The notes under the pieces: generated by a model
What the model was told of the DNA's origin: nothing
What the model saw: the letters and a program-made list of their open reading frames with translations, nothing else
The model's database searches: none
Shown: one piece after another, positions 38,007-49,150 of the stretch
Numbering within the stretch: position 1 is the first letter of the stretch
How the letters are laid out: every line of letters begins with the position of its first letter
NCBI GenBank assembly: GCA_010909165.1
Contig: VJWM01000063.1
Span: 1,612,001 to 1,676,000 of the forward strand
Length of the DNA: 64,000 nucleotides
Source: Anthoceros angustus
Taxonomy: Eukaryota; Plantae; Anthocerotophyta
Direction: 5' to 3'
Translations under genes and position numbers: made by a program

Positions 38007-41000
38007 ATGGTACTTGATTCGCGGGGTGGAGGGCCACAGGACTTCTGTACTCATCAGATTAGGGGATTTGCGGGTCTTGTAGGGAAGGCTTCCGCGCAAC
38101 TGACTGTAAGGAGTCGAGCATTAGCAAACACGGAAGCCGGGAGGTGCAGCAGCCTGCCAAGGAAGGCATCCCAAGCCCATCCAAGAGAAGACTTTCAGCT
38201 TGCTGAAGTAAGATCTTCAAGCGTAACGGCCGATACTGTGAACAGACTATGCGAGCAGGGGCAGCTGACTGAGGCAATCGAGGCCCTTGAAATTCTGGTG
38301 CAGAAGGAGGATCGAATTTCCAAGCCTCTCCTGTATACTCTCCTTAAAGCATGCGCGGTTAGGAAGGATCTGGTTCTGGGTCGTCGTGTTCATGCTCTTT
38401 CCGTGAAGACGGGTTATGACTCGGACACGTTCTTGTCCAATCACATCCTGCGAATGTATGCTTCTCAAGCAAGGTTGCAAGAAGCGATGGATGTGTTCAC
38501 CGTGGTTACTGAACCAGATGCCTTCATGTGGTCGTCCATCATTTCTGCACATGTGAGACAAGGACAAGCTAAGCAGGCCATCAAACTGTATCATGAGATG
38601 CGCAGGTCAAGTGTGAAGCCAGATGGCCATGTGTTTGTTGCAGCCCTGCAGGCGTGTGCTCGGGGAGCAGACTTGGAAACTGGGCAGCAGGTGCATACTG
38701 ATGTGTTGGCCAGTGGGGTTGAGCCTGATTCATTTGTTTGTAGTTGCTTGGTGGACATGTATGCAAAGTGTGGCAGCTTGGAAGAAGCTCAAAGAGTGTT
38801 TGCTGGACTTCGTCACAAAACTGTGGTGACGTGGAATGCGATGATGACCGGATATTCCCAGCAGGGCATGGGTAGGGAGGCCCTTTGTCTCTTCAGTGAA
38901 ATGCAAAAGGAAGGCCTGACTGCACCTGATGCTGTGACTTTTGTGTGCCTCCTGCAGGCATGTGCGAGTGTGGGCATCCCGGCAATGGAGAGGGGCAAGC
39001 AGCTTCATAGACAGATTGAAGAACAGGGACTGCATGTTGATGGAGTCGTAGGTTGCAGCCTGGTCAACATGTATGCAAAGTGTGGCAGCTTGGAAGACGC
39101 TCAAAGAGTGTTTGCTGGACTTCGTCAAAAGGATGTGGTGACGTGGAATGCCATGATAACCGGATGTTCCCAGAAGGGAATGGGCCAGCAGGCTCTTAGT
39201 CTTTACAATGCTATGCAGAAAGAAGGCATGGCTGCGCCCAATCATGTTACATTCGTGGGCCTTTTGCAGGCGTGTGCAAGTCTGGGCACCCAGGCATTGG
39301 AGAACGGAAAGAATCTTCATGCAGAGATTGAAAAACAAGGGCTTCAATCTCGTGTGATTGTAGCCAACAGTCTGATAAATATGTATGCCAAGTGTGGGAG
39401 CCTGGAGGATGCTCACAGCATTTTTAATGGGCTTGGTCAGAAGGATGTGGTGACCTGGAATGCCATGATAGCAGGGTATTCCCAGCAGGGCATGGTTCAG
39501 GAGGCCTTTCATCTTTTCAGCGCTATGCAAGAAGAAGGAAGTGCTGCACCACCTGATTCTGTGACATATGCAAGCCTCCTCCACACATGTGCAAGTCTGG
39601 GTAACTCAGCTTTGGAGAAGGGGAAGCGGCTTCACGTCCAAATTGAAGAAGAAGGGCTTCTAGCTGATGTGTTTGTTGCTAACTGTTTGGTAGACATGTA
39701 TGCAAAGTGTGGCAGCCTAGAGGATGCCCAGAGAGTGTTTGACGGGCTTGGTCAAAAAGATGTGGTGACTTGGAATGCCATTTTAGCAGGATATTCCCAA
39801 CAGAACATGGGTCAGGAAGCGCTTAATCTGTACAGTGCTATGATAGCAGAAGGCGGTCCTGCACCTGATTCTGTGACATTTGTGTGCCTCCTACAGGCAT
39901 GTGCAAGTGTGGGTACACCAGCGTTGGAGATGGGGAAGCAGCTTGATGCACAGATTGGCAAGCAAGGGCTTCAAGCTGATGTGTTGGTGGCAAACGGTTT
40001 GATTAACATGTATGCAAAGTGTGGCAGTCTAGTGGATGCCCAGACCGTGTTTAACAGAGTTGGTAACAAAGATGTGATGTTGTGGAATTCCATGATAGCA
40101 GGATATTTGCAGGCGGGACGGGGCCTTGATGCCCTTCATCTTTACAGTGCTATGCAGCAAGAAGGCATGGCTTGTCCTAATTCTGCAACATTTGTGTGCC
40201 TCCTGCAAGCATGTGCAAGTGTGGGCACCCCGGCTTTGGAGAAGGGGCAGCAGATTCATTCACAGATTGGAGAAAGAGGGCTTCAGGTTGATATGGTTGT
40301 AGGTTCGAGCCTGGTGAACATGTATGCAAAGTGTGGCAGCCTTAGCGATGCTAAAACTGTCTTTGACAAACTTGTCGACAAAGATGTGGTGACATGGAGC
40401 GCTCTAATAGCAGGATACGCTCAGCAGGGCATGGGTCCGGAAGCCCTCCATCTTTACAGTGCTATGAAAGATGAAGGAATCTCTGCACCTGACTCTGTGA
40501 CATTTGTTTGCCTTCTGCAGGCTTGTGCAAGTGTAGGTAATGCTGCTTTGCAGAAGGGGAAGCAGCTTCATGCGCAGATTGGAGAACAAGGGCTTCAGGT
40601 GGATCTATTCGTAGCCAACAGTCTGATAAACATGTACGCAAAGTGTGGCAGTGTAGAGGATGCCCAAAACGTTTTTGATATGCTCGGTCAAAAAGACGTG
40701 ATCACGTGGAATGCCATGATAGCAGGATATGCTCAGCAGGGCATGGGTCAGGAAGCCCTTCATCTCTACGGCGGAATGGAAGAAGAAGGCCTTGCTGCAC
40801 CTGATTCAGTGACGTTTGTGTCCCTCCTTCAGGCATGTGCAAGTGTGGGCACCCTGGCTTTGGAGAAGGGGAGGGAGCTCCATGCACAGATTGGGAAACA
40901 AGGCCTTCAGGCTGATGTGGTAGTAGGCTGCAGCTTGGTAAACATGTACGCAAAGTGTGGCAGCCTACAAGATGCTCAGAGTGTGTTTGACAGTCTCAAT

Positions 41001-42020
41001 GAAAAGAATGTGGCGACCTGGACTGCTCTCATCACAGGCTATATGCAGCAGGGCATGGGTCAGGAAGCCCTTCGTCTTCATAGTGCCATGCAAGATGAAG
41101 GCATTGCTCCAGAGCATTCCGTGACATTTGTGTGCCTCCTGCAAGCATGTGCAGGTGTGGCAGCACTGGATGCAGGGAGACAGCTTCATGCACAGGTCGA
41201 AGAACAAGGGCTCCAAGCCGATTCAACTATAGGCAACAGTTTGATAAACATGTACGCGAAGTCTGGGAGCATGGTTGATGCGCAGCAGGTGTTCGATACG
41301 TTGCGTGACAGGGACATCGTTGCATGGAATGCACTGATTGCAGGATACACCCGTCAAGGAGACAGTGAAGTTGTGTTTGCCTTAGTTCACAGAATGAAAG
41401 AGAGTGGCATCCAACCAGACAGCGTAACATTCCTCAGTGTTCTAACAGTATGCAGTCATGCAGGTCTGGTGGGCAAAGGGCAAGAGTACTTTGAGGCTAT
41501 GAGCAGACAGTATGGCATCAGTCCTGCGGTGGAGCACTACACTTGCATGGTAGATCTCCTGGGTAGAGCAGGCGACCTCGACATGGCACTAGCGGTGGTG
41601 CTGTCGATGCCTGTACAGCCTCACATTGCAGTTTGGCACACTCTCTTAAGTGCGTGTCGAAAGTGGACCAATGTAGACATTGGGCGGCACGCTTTCGATG
41701 AAGCAGTCAAGCTCGACGCAAAAGATGCTGCAGCCTATGTGTTGATGTCGATGATATATTCCGATGCCCAGATGTGGGAGGAGGCACAGGAGATGCAGGT
41801 GAGGAGGCAAGGAATAGGAGCGCGGAAGCAGCCAGGCCAGAGCTGGTGGACAGACGTAGATGGACTGGTTCATAGTTTTGTTGTTGGGGATAAAAAGCAT
41901 CCCCAGATCGGAGAGCATTCCTCGCTGAACCAGCGTGGTCTTGTAACGGAGCAGACTACATATGTGACACACCTGGACCCAACATCATGGGCCTTATCCG
42001 TGCTTGATCAGAGTGTGTGA
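38007..42020 (+). CDS. PLS-class PPR protein, E+ type with WW-type PG box, DYW truncated; paralog of 16039-19359
   Basis: 1337-aa ORF with ten S-type repeats at ~104-105 aa period, E1/E2 and ARKQPGQSWWTDVDGLVHSFVVGDKKHP. Possible alternative start ATG 37988 with a 71-nt intron (38010-38080). Confidence 0.93.
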   Translation: MVLDSRGGGPQDFCTHQIRGFAGLVGKASAQLTVRSRALANTEAGRCSSLPRKASQAHPREDFQLAEVRSSSVTADTVNRLCEQGQLTEAIEALEILVQKEDRISKPLLYTLLKACAVRKDLVLGRRVHALSVKTGYDSDTFLSNHILRMYASQARLQEAMDVFTVVTEPDAFMWSSIISAHVRQGQAKQAIKLYHEMRRSSVKPDGHVFVAALQACARGADLETGQQVHTDVLASGVEPDSFVCSCLVDMYAKCGSLEEAQRVFAGLRHKTVVTWNAMMTGYSQQGMGREALCLFSEMQKEGLTAPDAVTFVCLLQACASVGIPAMERGKQLHRQIEEQGLHVDGVVGCSLVNMYAKCGSLEDAQRVFAGLRQKDVVTWNAMITGCSQKGMGQQALSLYNAMQKEGMAAPNHVTFVGLLQACASLGTQALENGKNLHAEIEKQGLQSRVIVANSLINMYAKCGSLEDAHSIFNGLGQKDVVTWNAMIAGYSQQGMVQEAFHLFSAMQEEGSAAPPDSVTYASLLHTCASLGNSALEKGKRLHVQIEEEGLLADVFVANCLVDMYAKCGSLEDAQRVFDGLGQKDVVTWNAILAGYSQQNMGQEALNLYSAMIAEGGPAPDSVTFVCLLQACASVGTPALEMGKQLDAQIGKQGLQADVLVANGLINMYAKCGSLVDAQTVFNRVGNKDVMLWNSMIAGYLQAGRGLDALHLYSAMQQEGMACPNSATFVCLLQACASVGTPALEKGQQIHSQIGERGLQVDMVVGSSLVNMYAKCGSLSDAKTVFDKLVDKDVVTWSALIAGYAQQGMGPEALHLYSAMKDEGISAPDSVTFVCLLQACASVGNAALQKGKQLHAQIGEQGLQVDLFVANSLINMYAKCGSVEDAQNVFDMLGQKDVITWNAMIAGYAQQGMGQEALHLYGGMEEEGLAAPDSVTFVSLLQACASVGTLALEKGRELHAQIGKQGLQADVVVGCSLVNMYAKCGSLQDAQSVFDSLNEKNVATWTALITGYMQQGMGQEALRLHSAMQDEGIAPEHSVTFVCLLQACAGVAALDAGRQLHAQVEEQGLQADSTIGNSLINMYAKSGSMVDAQQVFDTLRDRDIVAWNALIAGYTRQGDSEVVFALVHRMKESGIQPDSVTFLSVLTVCSHAGLVGKGQEYFEAMSRQYGISPAVEHYTCMVDLLGRAGDLDMALAVVLSMPVQPHIAVWHTLLSACRKWTNVDIGRHAFDEAVKLDAKDAAAYVLMSMIYSDAQMWEEAQEMQVRRQGIGARKQPGQSWWTDVDGLVHSFVVGDKKHPQIGEHSSLNQRGLVTEQTTYVTHLDPTSWALSVLDQSV

Positions 42021-42249
42021 CATGCAGTCCTGAAAACATCTGGCCTCACACTTGACGTGGGCATCCGGTGATATAGTTCGAGGGCTGCCGTCTTATGCAG
42101 TGGAAATAGCAGACCATGGGAAGGCGGAAGTTCTCCAGGCTCAGGCCCGGTCCATGGAAAGTATGGCCAAATCACGTTATAACTCTCGTGTTTCAGTATC
42201 CGATAAAACAAACCAAGTTTACCGTACTAGATGCATCGGCCTTAAATAA

Positions 42250-42877
42250 GGCTAGCCGTAAAAATCAGGTGGCCAGGTGCGGGGCCCGCTGACTCCCTCG
42301 TGCAGAGCAGGCATGACCATGTAGTCCATACCCTCTCAATCTACCATATGAATATGTATATACCTCTGTATGCCACCGGCAACCCGGGTCACGCCAGACC
42401 CAACAAGGGCAACGCCAAACCCAACAAGGGACCCAACCCGGGTCACGCCAGACCCAACAAGGGCAACGCCAAACCCAACAAGGGACCCAACCCGGGTGAC
42501 GCCAAACCCAACGAGGGCAACAACCAACAAGGGACCCAACAAGGGCAACCCGTGTGACGCCAAACCCAACAAGGGCAAGGGACCCAACAAGGGCAGTATC
42601 CGACACGCAAAATGCAAATTAGGAGGATCGAGACCGAAACCGCTTCAATGTGGGGGGCTGATCCGACCACCAAACCACGACTTCGAGTAAGACAGGTATA
42701 ATAATATACAAACTAAAAGACAAAAATGCCCCCGAACGACGCACCACGGCGGTGGAATTGTCGGACCGTATAGACGATCTCGTCATGGATGTTAATGGCA
42801 ATGTGCGGGACATGACCATGAAGTACACCAATGTCAGCGGGCCCCGCACCTGGCCACCTGATTTCTACGGCTAAGCC
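42250..42877. mobile_element. 628-bp non-autonomous DNA transposon with ~45-bp TIRs and TTAAATAA target-site duplication
   Basis: 42250-42293 (ggctagccgtaaaaatcaggtggccaggtgcggggcccgctgac) is inverted at 42833-42877 with one substitution and one extra base. TTAAATAA flanks both ends (42242-42249, 42878-42885). Confidence 0.9.
42378..42597. repeat. Internal minisatellite built of CCCAACAAGGG modules (~57-bp higher-order unit)
   Basis: Repeated aacccgggtcacgccagacccaacaagggcaacgccaaacccaacaagggaccc. Confidence 0.9.
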
Positions 42878-42938
42878 TTAAATAACGCACGTACATATCT
42901 AACCGAGTGGCTACATTGATTGATCGACAGGGAAACTA

Positions 42939-43283
42939 CCGTACCTCGAAGGGTGGTTCAACAGGATAATGCCGAAATAATTATTTTTTGAAAAAAAACA
43001 AGGTTCAACATAAATATTTATATTTTTCAAAATTTCAACATTTACAAAAAATAATTTTATCAAATTTCAATATTTATTAAAATATATAGGTATGTATAAA
43101 ACTAATGGATATGTATAGATCTCCCTAAATAGGCCCTAATTTTCCACACAAACCCTAGTTTCCTTATTTTTCATCATAAACTCATAAATTTTACCTATTC
43201 AACATTTTAAGTATAATAATTTCTGGATTTTCAACTTTTACTAATTTTAATTAATTAACGCCGAATCACCCCTTGGGGTACGG
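42939..43283. mobile_element. 345-bp TA-flanked MITE (Tc1/mariner-like)
   Basis: TA|CCGTACCTCGAAGGGTGGTTC ... GAATCACCCCTTGGGGTACGG|TA: imperfect ~21-bp TIR with AT-rich interior. Confidence 0.7.
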
Positions 43284-43815
43284 TATTTTCTATCAGGGGA
43301 TTTTGGGCGATCGTGCCCGGCCGAGGTGTGAGGAGGTTTGACACGATGAGGCCGATAGAGTATATATATATGGGGTGAGTGGTTCAATTTTAAAATATAT
43401 AGGTATATATATATATATACTCTATATCATCACGAACATGGTATGTAGATATGTATATATGTACATATTATGAACCCGGCTTTATAATGACCTCGTAGAA
43501 CTTTACATCTTGCTTCATTGACTAGCTTTTAAAAATCAGGTATTCCTTCATATCTTGATTTAGTACGTTAATTACATATACTGTTCCAAGACAATTGATC
43601 TCATTGCCCGTGCGAACCATTAGTGCTATGTATATGTGGTTAATGTAATGTAATGTAATCTCAATACCTATTAAGTAAGCTTATACTAAATTTCTTAATA
43701 TAAGCCTTAAAAAATATATGTTATTTTTAACAGTTTTTTTGTCATAATTAAATTTCACAGAAATCTCAATAAGAAAATGGAATGGCTATCTCTATAAGTA
43801 ATAAGCTTGTTATCG

Positions 43816-43880
<65 letters not shown>
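43816..43880. repeat. (AAT)n microsatellite, ~21 units
   Basis: Direct reading. Confidence 0.99.
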
Positions 43881-44177
43881 TTAAAATTTTAAAAATTAAA
43901 ATCATAATATCACTAAGAATATAAAAATAAACTAAAAATCAGACTATTTTATTGAATAATAATATAAAATAATTGACTCAATTGAGTTCTTGCTATAAGT
44001 TTCAGTTTTATATCGAAAGTCATTATAATTTTTTTGATAGTATCGGAATTAATGGTCCTGGAGGGCTATATATGTGGGGTGAGTGGTTCAATTTTAAACA
44101 AATTTGTGCTTCCCTTCTTGTGGCTTACACATCTCTTTGTCTCACTGCATCTTGGGTTCTTAGGCTTTCTAGCTACT

Positions 44178-44510
44178 ATGGCTCTTGTGAAAATGTCTAT
44201 CATGTTGAAGATGATTTTGCTCATGATGATCTTTCTCTTGGGCTTTGGAGGGGCCACAATAATGTTTGGAGGTGCAACTACCACAAACGAGCACGTGGAC
44301 TATGAGTTCTGCGTTGATGCCAATGTGGTGGCTATGTGCGCTGGATCCGATCAAATATTTCCACCTCATCCAACCGCCGGTTGTTGTTCATATTTGCGGC
44401 TTGTTGGGACTCAATGCATGTGCCAAATTATGACAGCTCACAATTGTGACCGCAACCAGATGTATGATTACATCCTAGATTGCAATTTTGATGAATCTCA
44501 ACATTGTTGA
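44178..44510 (+). CDS. Small secreted Cys-rich protein, nsLTP/prolamin 8-Cys-motif-like
   Basis: Hydrophobic signal peptide MALVKMSIMLKMILLMMIFLLGFGGA. Spacing C-X8-C-X14-CC-X9-CxC-X7-C-X11-C-X7-C. TATA-like TATATAT ~105 bp upstream. Confidence 0.7.
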   Translation: MALVKMSIMLKMILLMMIFLLGFGGATIMFGGATTTNEHVDYEFCVDANVVAMCAGSDQIFPPHPTAGCCSYLRLVGTQCMCQIMTAHNCDRNQMYDYILDCNFDESQHC

Positions 44511-45935
44511 TGAGTGGACGGAAAAAGCTGACATGGGCACTCCTGCCGTACAACTTTTATGTTGAGGTGCACTGTTTGTACAAATAGTTGGATCTCTTGA
44601 TAGATGTTCAATGTGTAGAAGTGGTACAGTTCTACATAGTGGATTACAAGTTTGATGAATCTCAACATTATTGAGGAGAGGATAGAAAAAAAAGTTGACG
44701 TGGGTATTCATTCCATGAATTTTTTATGTTGAAAACTACTTTTGTCTTAAATAATTATAATCCTTATTTTCTTTGTTGTAATTGAGGATATTTTTATTTA
44801 AAGATTTAATAAGGTCATATCTCTTTGTAATTATAATCTCGTGTCCACCTCTTGTCTGTCATTGTGATGCGCAAAGTGCACATCACAAAATAATATTGTC
44901 GCACATACTCCAAAGCATGCACCAGTCATGAATAACAAGTCACCGATGATACATTGGTCAGAACTAGCACTAAAGCCTAGACCCGCACAAAAAACATTTG
45001 TTCTAGGACCCCAAGCTTGTATAAGGCTATTCACATAACACTAAAAATTCACACAATTATCGTTTCATGCTCCAATGCATGTGCCATTTAGATATGACAG
45101 CTCACAATTGTCACCACAACCAGATGTAAAACTTGCATCATGGAATGCAAGTTTGATGGATCTCAATATTGTTGAGGAGTGGACCGAAAAGAGCAAATAC
45201 GGCCACTCCTACTACCGTAGAACTTTTATGTTCAAGTTTAGGGTTAATAGTTGTAGCTCTTTATGGATGTCCTATGTGTAGAAGTGATACAGTTGTATGT
45301 AGCGGATTACACGTTTGATGAATCTCAACGTTGTTGAACAGCTAGGATGAAGAAAACATTGAGGAGTGGACTGAAAGGAGCAGATATGGGCACTCCCACT
45401 GTCATAGACCTTTTATGTTCAAATTTACTTTTTTGAACAAATAGTTGTAGTTCTTGATGAATGTCCTATGTGTAGAAGTGATAAGTTGTATGTAGCAGAT
45501 TACACGTTTGATGAATCTCAACGTTGTTGACCAACTACGATGAAGAAAACGTTGAGGAGTGAAGTGAAAGGAGCAGATATGGGCACTCCCACCACCATAA
45601 ACCTTTTAATGTTCAAATTTACTTTTTTGAACAAATAGTTGTAGCTCTTGATGGATGTCTTATGTGTAGAAGTGATATAGTTGTATGTAGCGGATTACAC
45701 GTTTGATGAATCTCAATGTTGTTGACCAGCTAGGATGAAGAAAACGATCACATGGATATTCATGCATGAAAATTTTTATATTGTGATGCACTTTTAACAT
45801 AAATAGTATTTTTTTTCTTATTTTATTTCTTGTAAATTTCTTTTTATGTAAAGGTTGAAAAAAGTTATGATCTCTTTGTTGATTATAAGCTCGATGCACT
45901 TGTTGCATGTCCTTGTGACGTGCAAAGGGCATGTC
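44415..45935. repeat. Duplicated nsLTP 3' end and ~190-bp tandem array
   Basis: 44415-44520 is re-found at 45073-45185. Core tttgatgaatctcaac(a/g)ttgttga recurs near 44485, 44651, 45152, 45313, 45507 and 45702. 44818-44880 resembles 45870-45935. Confidence 0.85.
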
Positions 45936-45974
45936 TCATCTATCTATCGCCAACTAGTGCATGTCTATCAGTGT

Positions 45975-46195
45975 TTTCCATTAGTACTCCTCGGTTACGG
46001 TTTTTTGTGAATAGATCGGGATACTTACATTCCACTCCTCGTTTACTTTTTTTGGTGAACAGATAAGGTATTTACATTCCATTGGTATTCTTCGTATACG
46101 GTTTTTAGTGAATAGATTGCCTATTTACACTCCACTCTTTGTTTCCTTTCTTGGTCAATAGATTGGGTATTAACATTCCACGCCTTGTTTACTGC
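45975..46195. repeat. Degenerate ~45-bp tandem repeat
   Basis: Recurrent gtgaatagat...tatttacattccact...tttac units, 4-5 copies. Confidence 0.65.
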
Positions 46196-46945
46196 CTATG
46201 TGAGCGATGATTTCTGGATCATTTTTTATAAAGTTTTATATTTTCAAAAAATCACTAATTAGGAGATTTTTCTTTGATAAAGCTTGATATTCTTATAAAA
46301 TTCAACTGGTAAGGTGATCGGTGACTTGTTATTTGTGAGCAGTGCATGCTTCGGAGTATGTACGACGGTAGTGCTCCTAGAAGCGAGGATGCTTTACTGT
46401 CTTTTGACAATCTTTGGTGATCTCAAGCATGAAAAGAATGTTCATTGGAATTCCACATTCAAGCGTCGATAGATCAATAGTCAAATGGGGTGCCACCCAT
46501 CCCTGTTTGATGGTTCCACTTGGCTGCCTGTTGTAAAAGCCCTATCGGGCCGCATGTTGTAAGAGCCCTGTGAACTAATTCAGAATGAAATGCATGATAC
46601 AAATGCACTAAAAGAAGATAATAAAGCTCAAGGAAACTTGGACATTCCAAAATATAGAGTTGAGAACTCCACAATTAAGCGCATTCAAATGAACCACTTC
46701 TAGGGTGAGGTGATTCCCCTGTTCCGCAATCACTCCCTACTCGATTATGAAAATCTCAGCAAAAAAGATAAACAATGCAATATCTTCCAGCCTTCATTAT
46801 TAACAAGTATAAATATGAAATATCTTAAAATTATTTACAATATTGTCAGTATCTTTTTCAATCTCAATTATAATTGAGCTACTAAAGGATATAAAGGTTT
46901 TTGCATGCTTTATAAACATGCCTATTTACTCGCTGACCCACTACA

Positions 46946-49150
46946 TCAAGCCTCTTCTACATCCTTAACTTTGGCCGAGTCAATGTGTTGAAGCTCTTCC
47001 CCTACATGCACGTCCTGGCCTTCGTGTAGCTTCTTGTAGGTATAGCAGCGAGCAAGAACTAAGAAAACTACGAAGTTGACTGACAGAGCAACGGACAAAA
47101 GATAGTAGTACTTTCTTAATCCACCGGTGTAAAATTCAGCGTAAAGCCACCCTCCTGAGTGCTTGGTGATCCTGTTCACCAAGTTCACGATAGCAGTCGA
47201 CAAGAAGTAACCCAGAGATATAGATGTGAAATAGAGAGATGTTGCCAAGCTCCTCATGTTGTCTGGGGCTTGAGAGTAGAAGAAGTTCAACTGACTGACA
47301 CCCACCAGGAACTCGGTGACCCCTAGTATCGCATACTGAGGAATCAACCAGTAGAAGCCCAAGGGAATCTTGTTTTCAGCAATCTGGAGAAAGGTGATAT
47401 TGTGGTTTTTGATGGTGTTCACCTTCTTGTCTTCTACTACCGCTGCTGTGACCAAGGCCAACATTGCCAGCACCAGGGCCACCCCAATCCTCTGTAAATC
47501 TGACAGGCCTCGGGGCTGACCTGTGAGCCGTCTCAAGAGAGGGACGATGAGAGTTTCGTAGATGGGGATGAAGATGACGGCAGTCCCAAGCATGAATACG
47601 GCGATGGAACCTGCAGGGATTGTGAAATGCCTTCCCATGTGCCTGTCCATGTTGACTCCTTGTTGGACGCTAAAAGACAGCATTTGCGAAAACATGATGT
47701 ACACAGACACAGTCGTCAGCCAGATGGGTAGAATCTGGAGCACGCACTTCAGTTCTTCCACCTGTGTGACCGTGCACACGTCCCATGGTCCGACCTCGTC
47801 CGTGTTTGCGTGTGGATAAATGGCAGCCTTATCCAACCATCTGTACATTTGAGGAGATCAGCAACAAGGAACGGGGCAACGTAATAAAATGAGCCATGTT
47901 CCACTAGCTGGGAGCAAATGACGGGTCAGTGTCACTGAATCGCCCACCTTAATCTACTGGTATGGGACAGCTTGCGAATAGCTTGGTTGTTGTACTCTTT
48001 GTTGCTGAGCTCATATAGCTGTTCATGAGCTGCCGGAAGTTTCTGTTTGTAGTTCTTGACTGCTACAACCACGACTTGTGTTACTCGTGTGAAGGCACTG
48101 CCCGACGGTTTAATATGCCTGTAATTGCACAAGGTAAAAACCAAAACCGAGCAGTCAGTGTCTGTTGCAACTTCACTGCACAGAGACGTGGGCAAGAGCT
48201 ACATGGGCAGTAGAGGACCTGTATGTTGGAGTGCCAACAAGGAAGATAAGAACAGAGATGGTGAAAATTGCTGTTCCGATACCGTAGGCCCAGCCAAAAC
48301 TGACATTTGTCTGAAGGTAAGTCAAAAACGTGACGCAGAAAATGGTGGTCACATTCAAGACGATGTAGTAGCCTGTGAAGAAGTGAGTCCCCAGCTTCTT
48401 CTCCACAGGGTCCGTCTGGTCAAACTGGTCCTGACCGAGCGAGGTTATAGAGGGCTTGATGCCTGCAGACCCAATGGCCAGCAGGTACAAGCCTGCGTGC
48501 ATCCAGCTCAGAACATAGTCACTGGCTATCGGACAGACGCCTTGATTGGCTGCATCGGGAACGCAGTGTGGAGGTTGCAGAGCTGGAATGGCAGAGGACG
48601 CAGTGAACACCACCAGTCCCTGCAGTCATGAAGATGTTTCAGGGCAGGGTTTACGGAACTTCTGCTACAGATTCCATACTACTGCTAATCCAAACAACCG
48701 TTGATGGTTCTCAGAAGCATACCACAAAGGCCAGAACTGAGGTGCAGAGCATTGTCCAGTATCTCCCAAAGTACGAATCTGCCAGAAAACCCCAGAACAG
48801 GGGAAGAAGGTAGAGAATACCCATAAAGTAGGACACTATGTTGGCAGCGTCTGGAATGGGAATATGCAGAGTTCCTGTAAGATAAAAAATAAGGTTCCCT
48901 GCAATCCCAAGCGCCCCCACACTGTCCCCCAGTTCAACAGCTGCACAGACAGTGGTGAAGGTAATCAACGGTAGTTTAGCAAAAAAAACTTATCGGAAAA
49001 TCCATGCAGATGTATACCGTAGACAAAAGGAACGGCCTTCCACGTTCCTGTTTTGGCTTTGATGGAGGGTCTGCCCCTGAGGTCAACCGACCCATCTCCA
49101 ACAAAGCCATCATCATGACGAAGGACTGGGCTCTCTGACACTGGTGCTGT
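46946..49150 (-). CDS. NPF: NRT1/PTR family (NPF) transporter; first exon not located
   Basis: GSVDLRGRPSIKAKTGTWKAVPFVY, GFLADSYFGRYWT, GLYLLAIGSAGIKP...GQDQFD, TVTQVEELKCVLQILPIW, LQRIGVAL, WLIPQYAILG...EFLVGVSQLNFFYSQAPDNMRSL. GT-AG introns restore frame. The exon at 49150 begins after a CAG acceptor, so the start lies further upstream. Confidence 0.93.

Noticed and set aside
42265-42690. ORFs with PCWVW/NPTR repeats
   Set aside because: Translations of the minisatellite inside the TIR element.
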